From Narcine bancroftii (Eukaryota): a stretch of 64,000 nucleotides of DNA. This document shows, piece by piece, positions 61,977-64,000 of this stretch. The notes beneath the pieces were generated by a model. That model worked only from the letters and a program-made list of their open reading frames with translations. It did not search any database and was not told where the DNA came from. A program made the position numbers and the translations under genes. The number at the start of each line of letters is the position of its first letter. Position 1 is the stretch's first letter. The DNA is taken from assembly GCF_036971445.1 (NCBI RefSeq), contig NC_091473.1, forward strand, positions 205,468,001 through 205,532,000. The letters run 5' to 3'.

Positions 61977-64000
61977 ACTTTAAAAAAAATACTTTATTTA
62001 ATATATTGAAATCAGAACTTTTAACAAAGTGCATAATATATAAATGAAAATTACAACTATCGCAACCCATTCCACCCATCCTCAGGAAACTCCACAAGCG
62101 AAGCATTAAGAAAATTTAAAAATTACATACAGCAGTTTAAGATAATAGTAAATTCGTACATTTCAAATAAGGCGACATCATCTTAACAAAAATGTCATAA
62201 TTAGCATTCAAATTATATGTTATTTTCTCCATATAAATACAGGACCTCAACTCGTTATGCCAGCGATTTACATTTATCTCAACTTTGTAGTTTGAAAAAT
62301 TCGCAACATGCTACAGCCAATGCTAAACATAGAAAATGCTGTCTGATATTTATCTAACTCCAAATGCATACATGGAGCAGTATAACCCAACAAAATATAT
62401 ATTGGATCTTATAAAAGTTGTATTTTATGGAAATATTGAAGTAATTCCTTCATTATCCGCAAAAATGATTGAATTTTATCACAAAGCCAAATGGAATATA
62501 AGCATGTACCTCCACATAATCTACATCTATAACACGACTCTGAATTACTAAATCCATAATTTTTCAATTTCACAGGGGATAGATATAACTAATGCAAAAA
62601 ATATAATTAATCATACTAGATCTTTCATGAAACATTTTAGTCAAACCATCGAAACACATCGACTCCCAATCGGCCTGATTAATATCACAAGTTATATCAT
62701 TTTTTCCATTTAATCCTAGATTTATCGAAATTTATTTTATCCACCTTGTCTTGTAACAATGCATTAATCTCAGAAATAAAACACTTATTTGAAAAATGAG
62801 AAATAATAAACTCAAATTTCGTTAACTTCGGAATTTTCATTTTTCTTCCAAAATTATTTTTCACTAACGCTCTAATCTGATAATAAATAAACAAAAAATC
62901 ACTGAAATTCCACATTTATCTCTAAGTTGATTAAATGATAAAAGTTTACCCTCCTCAAAACAATCCTGCAACGACAAATTTCTTTAGACTGCCATTCTCT
63001 TAGAAATCTATTATACAATGAAAAAGGAATCAATTTATTTTGATACATGGTAGCTTGAACCGATATTTTAACTTTCGAGCCTATTAATAAATTCCTTTTA
63101 GTCCAAATCTCTAACATATATTTTAAAATTGGTACGTTGTATCTCCGTAATAAAACAGAATTCCACTTAAATACAAATTGAGGTGAATAAGGTTCCCACA
63201 TATCAGCCAATTCTACCATAGCCCAAGTGGGGGTGGGGGACACGAAACATCCAGCTTACGGTTAATAAATGTTAATATGGCAACTTCATAATAATTTTGA
63301 AAATGAGGTCATTGTAAACCTCAGAAAGCATATTTAGAAGTAAATTTATGTATCACAACTCTGACTAATTTCCCATTCCATAAAAAATTCTCGAACTACT
63401 TAAGTTAAATCTTGAAAAAACATTTCGGAACTAAACAAAGAATTGACTGGAATAGATACTGAATTCGCGGAAAGATATTCATCTTAATACAAATTACTCG
63501 ATCTATTAACGACAGTTAAATCCTTCCATTTTATCAAATCCTCTTTAATCTTTCTCATCAATGATACATAGTTTAAATTATACAATGATTGAAGATTTAC
63601 ATCAATCACTGTGCTTCAATACATACTTTTATCAGTCCAACTTAGTTTAGTAATTTGTCTACACTGGTCATAATGTCGCTCAGAAATTGGTAATATTTCA
63701 CTTTTCATCCCAATTCATTTTATATCTTGATAATTTACCATAATATTCTAAACATTCTTGCAGTGAATTAAAGATAGTTCGAGATTAGTTAAATATATCA
63801 AATCGTCATCAGCAAATAAATTAATTCATCTTCTGTTACCCTTAGACCTCTAATATTCTCATTCTGCCTAATAGTTTGAGCTAATGCATCGATGACCAAC
63901 GCGAATAGAACGTCGACAAAGGACAACCTTGACGAGTTGAATGCGATAATTTAAAGAAAAAAGTGGTTTGATCATTTTTCGACACCCTAGCAACGGGATT
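61977..64000 (-). mobile_element. Decayed L1, 3' part, continuing beyond the window
   Basis: Minus-strand STRQGCPLS (~63915-63945), LFADD (~63805) and C-terminal ORF2 fragments homologous to 58090-59850; AATAAA near 61995. Confidence 0.9.

Overview
Vertebrate genomic DNA, most likely from a cartilaginous fish (inferred from the repeat content and V-domain style). The window is part of a T-cell receptor alpha/delta-type variable-gene array on the + strand. It holds two apparently intact V genes (leader exon, phase-1 intron, V exon, 23-bp-spacer RSS) at 10412-11287 and 47289-47764, and about nine V pseudogenes or relics. I found no convincing D, J or C segment. The V segments sit in a serially duplicated cassette of roughly 3 kb (old CR1 relic, CRE/E-box block, CA/GA microsatellites, V). 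Mobile elements have expanded this cassette. They include a decayed ERV with env and a nested solo LTR, Gypsy, Rex1/Babar and Penelope-like relics, and old and young CR1 LINEs, one with an uninterrupted 921-aa ORF2. They also include several L1s (one full-length with TSD, one ORF1-only copy with a 23-bp TSD) and a 2-kb hAT element carrying a GC-rich higher-order minisatellite. All calls are by eye; no alignments or database searches were run.
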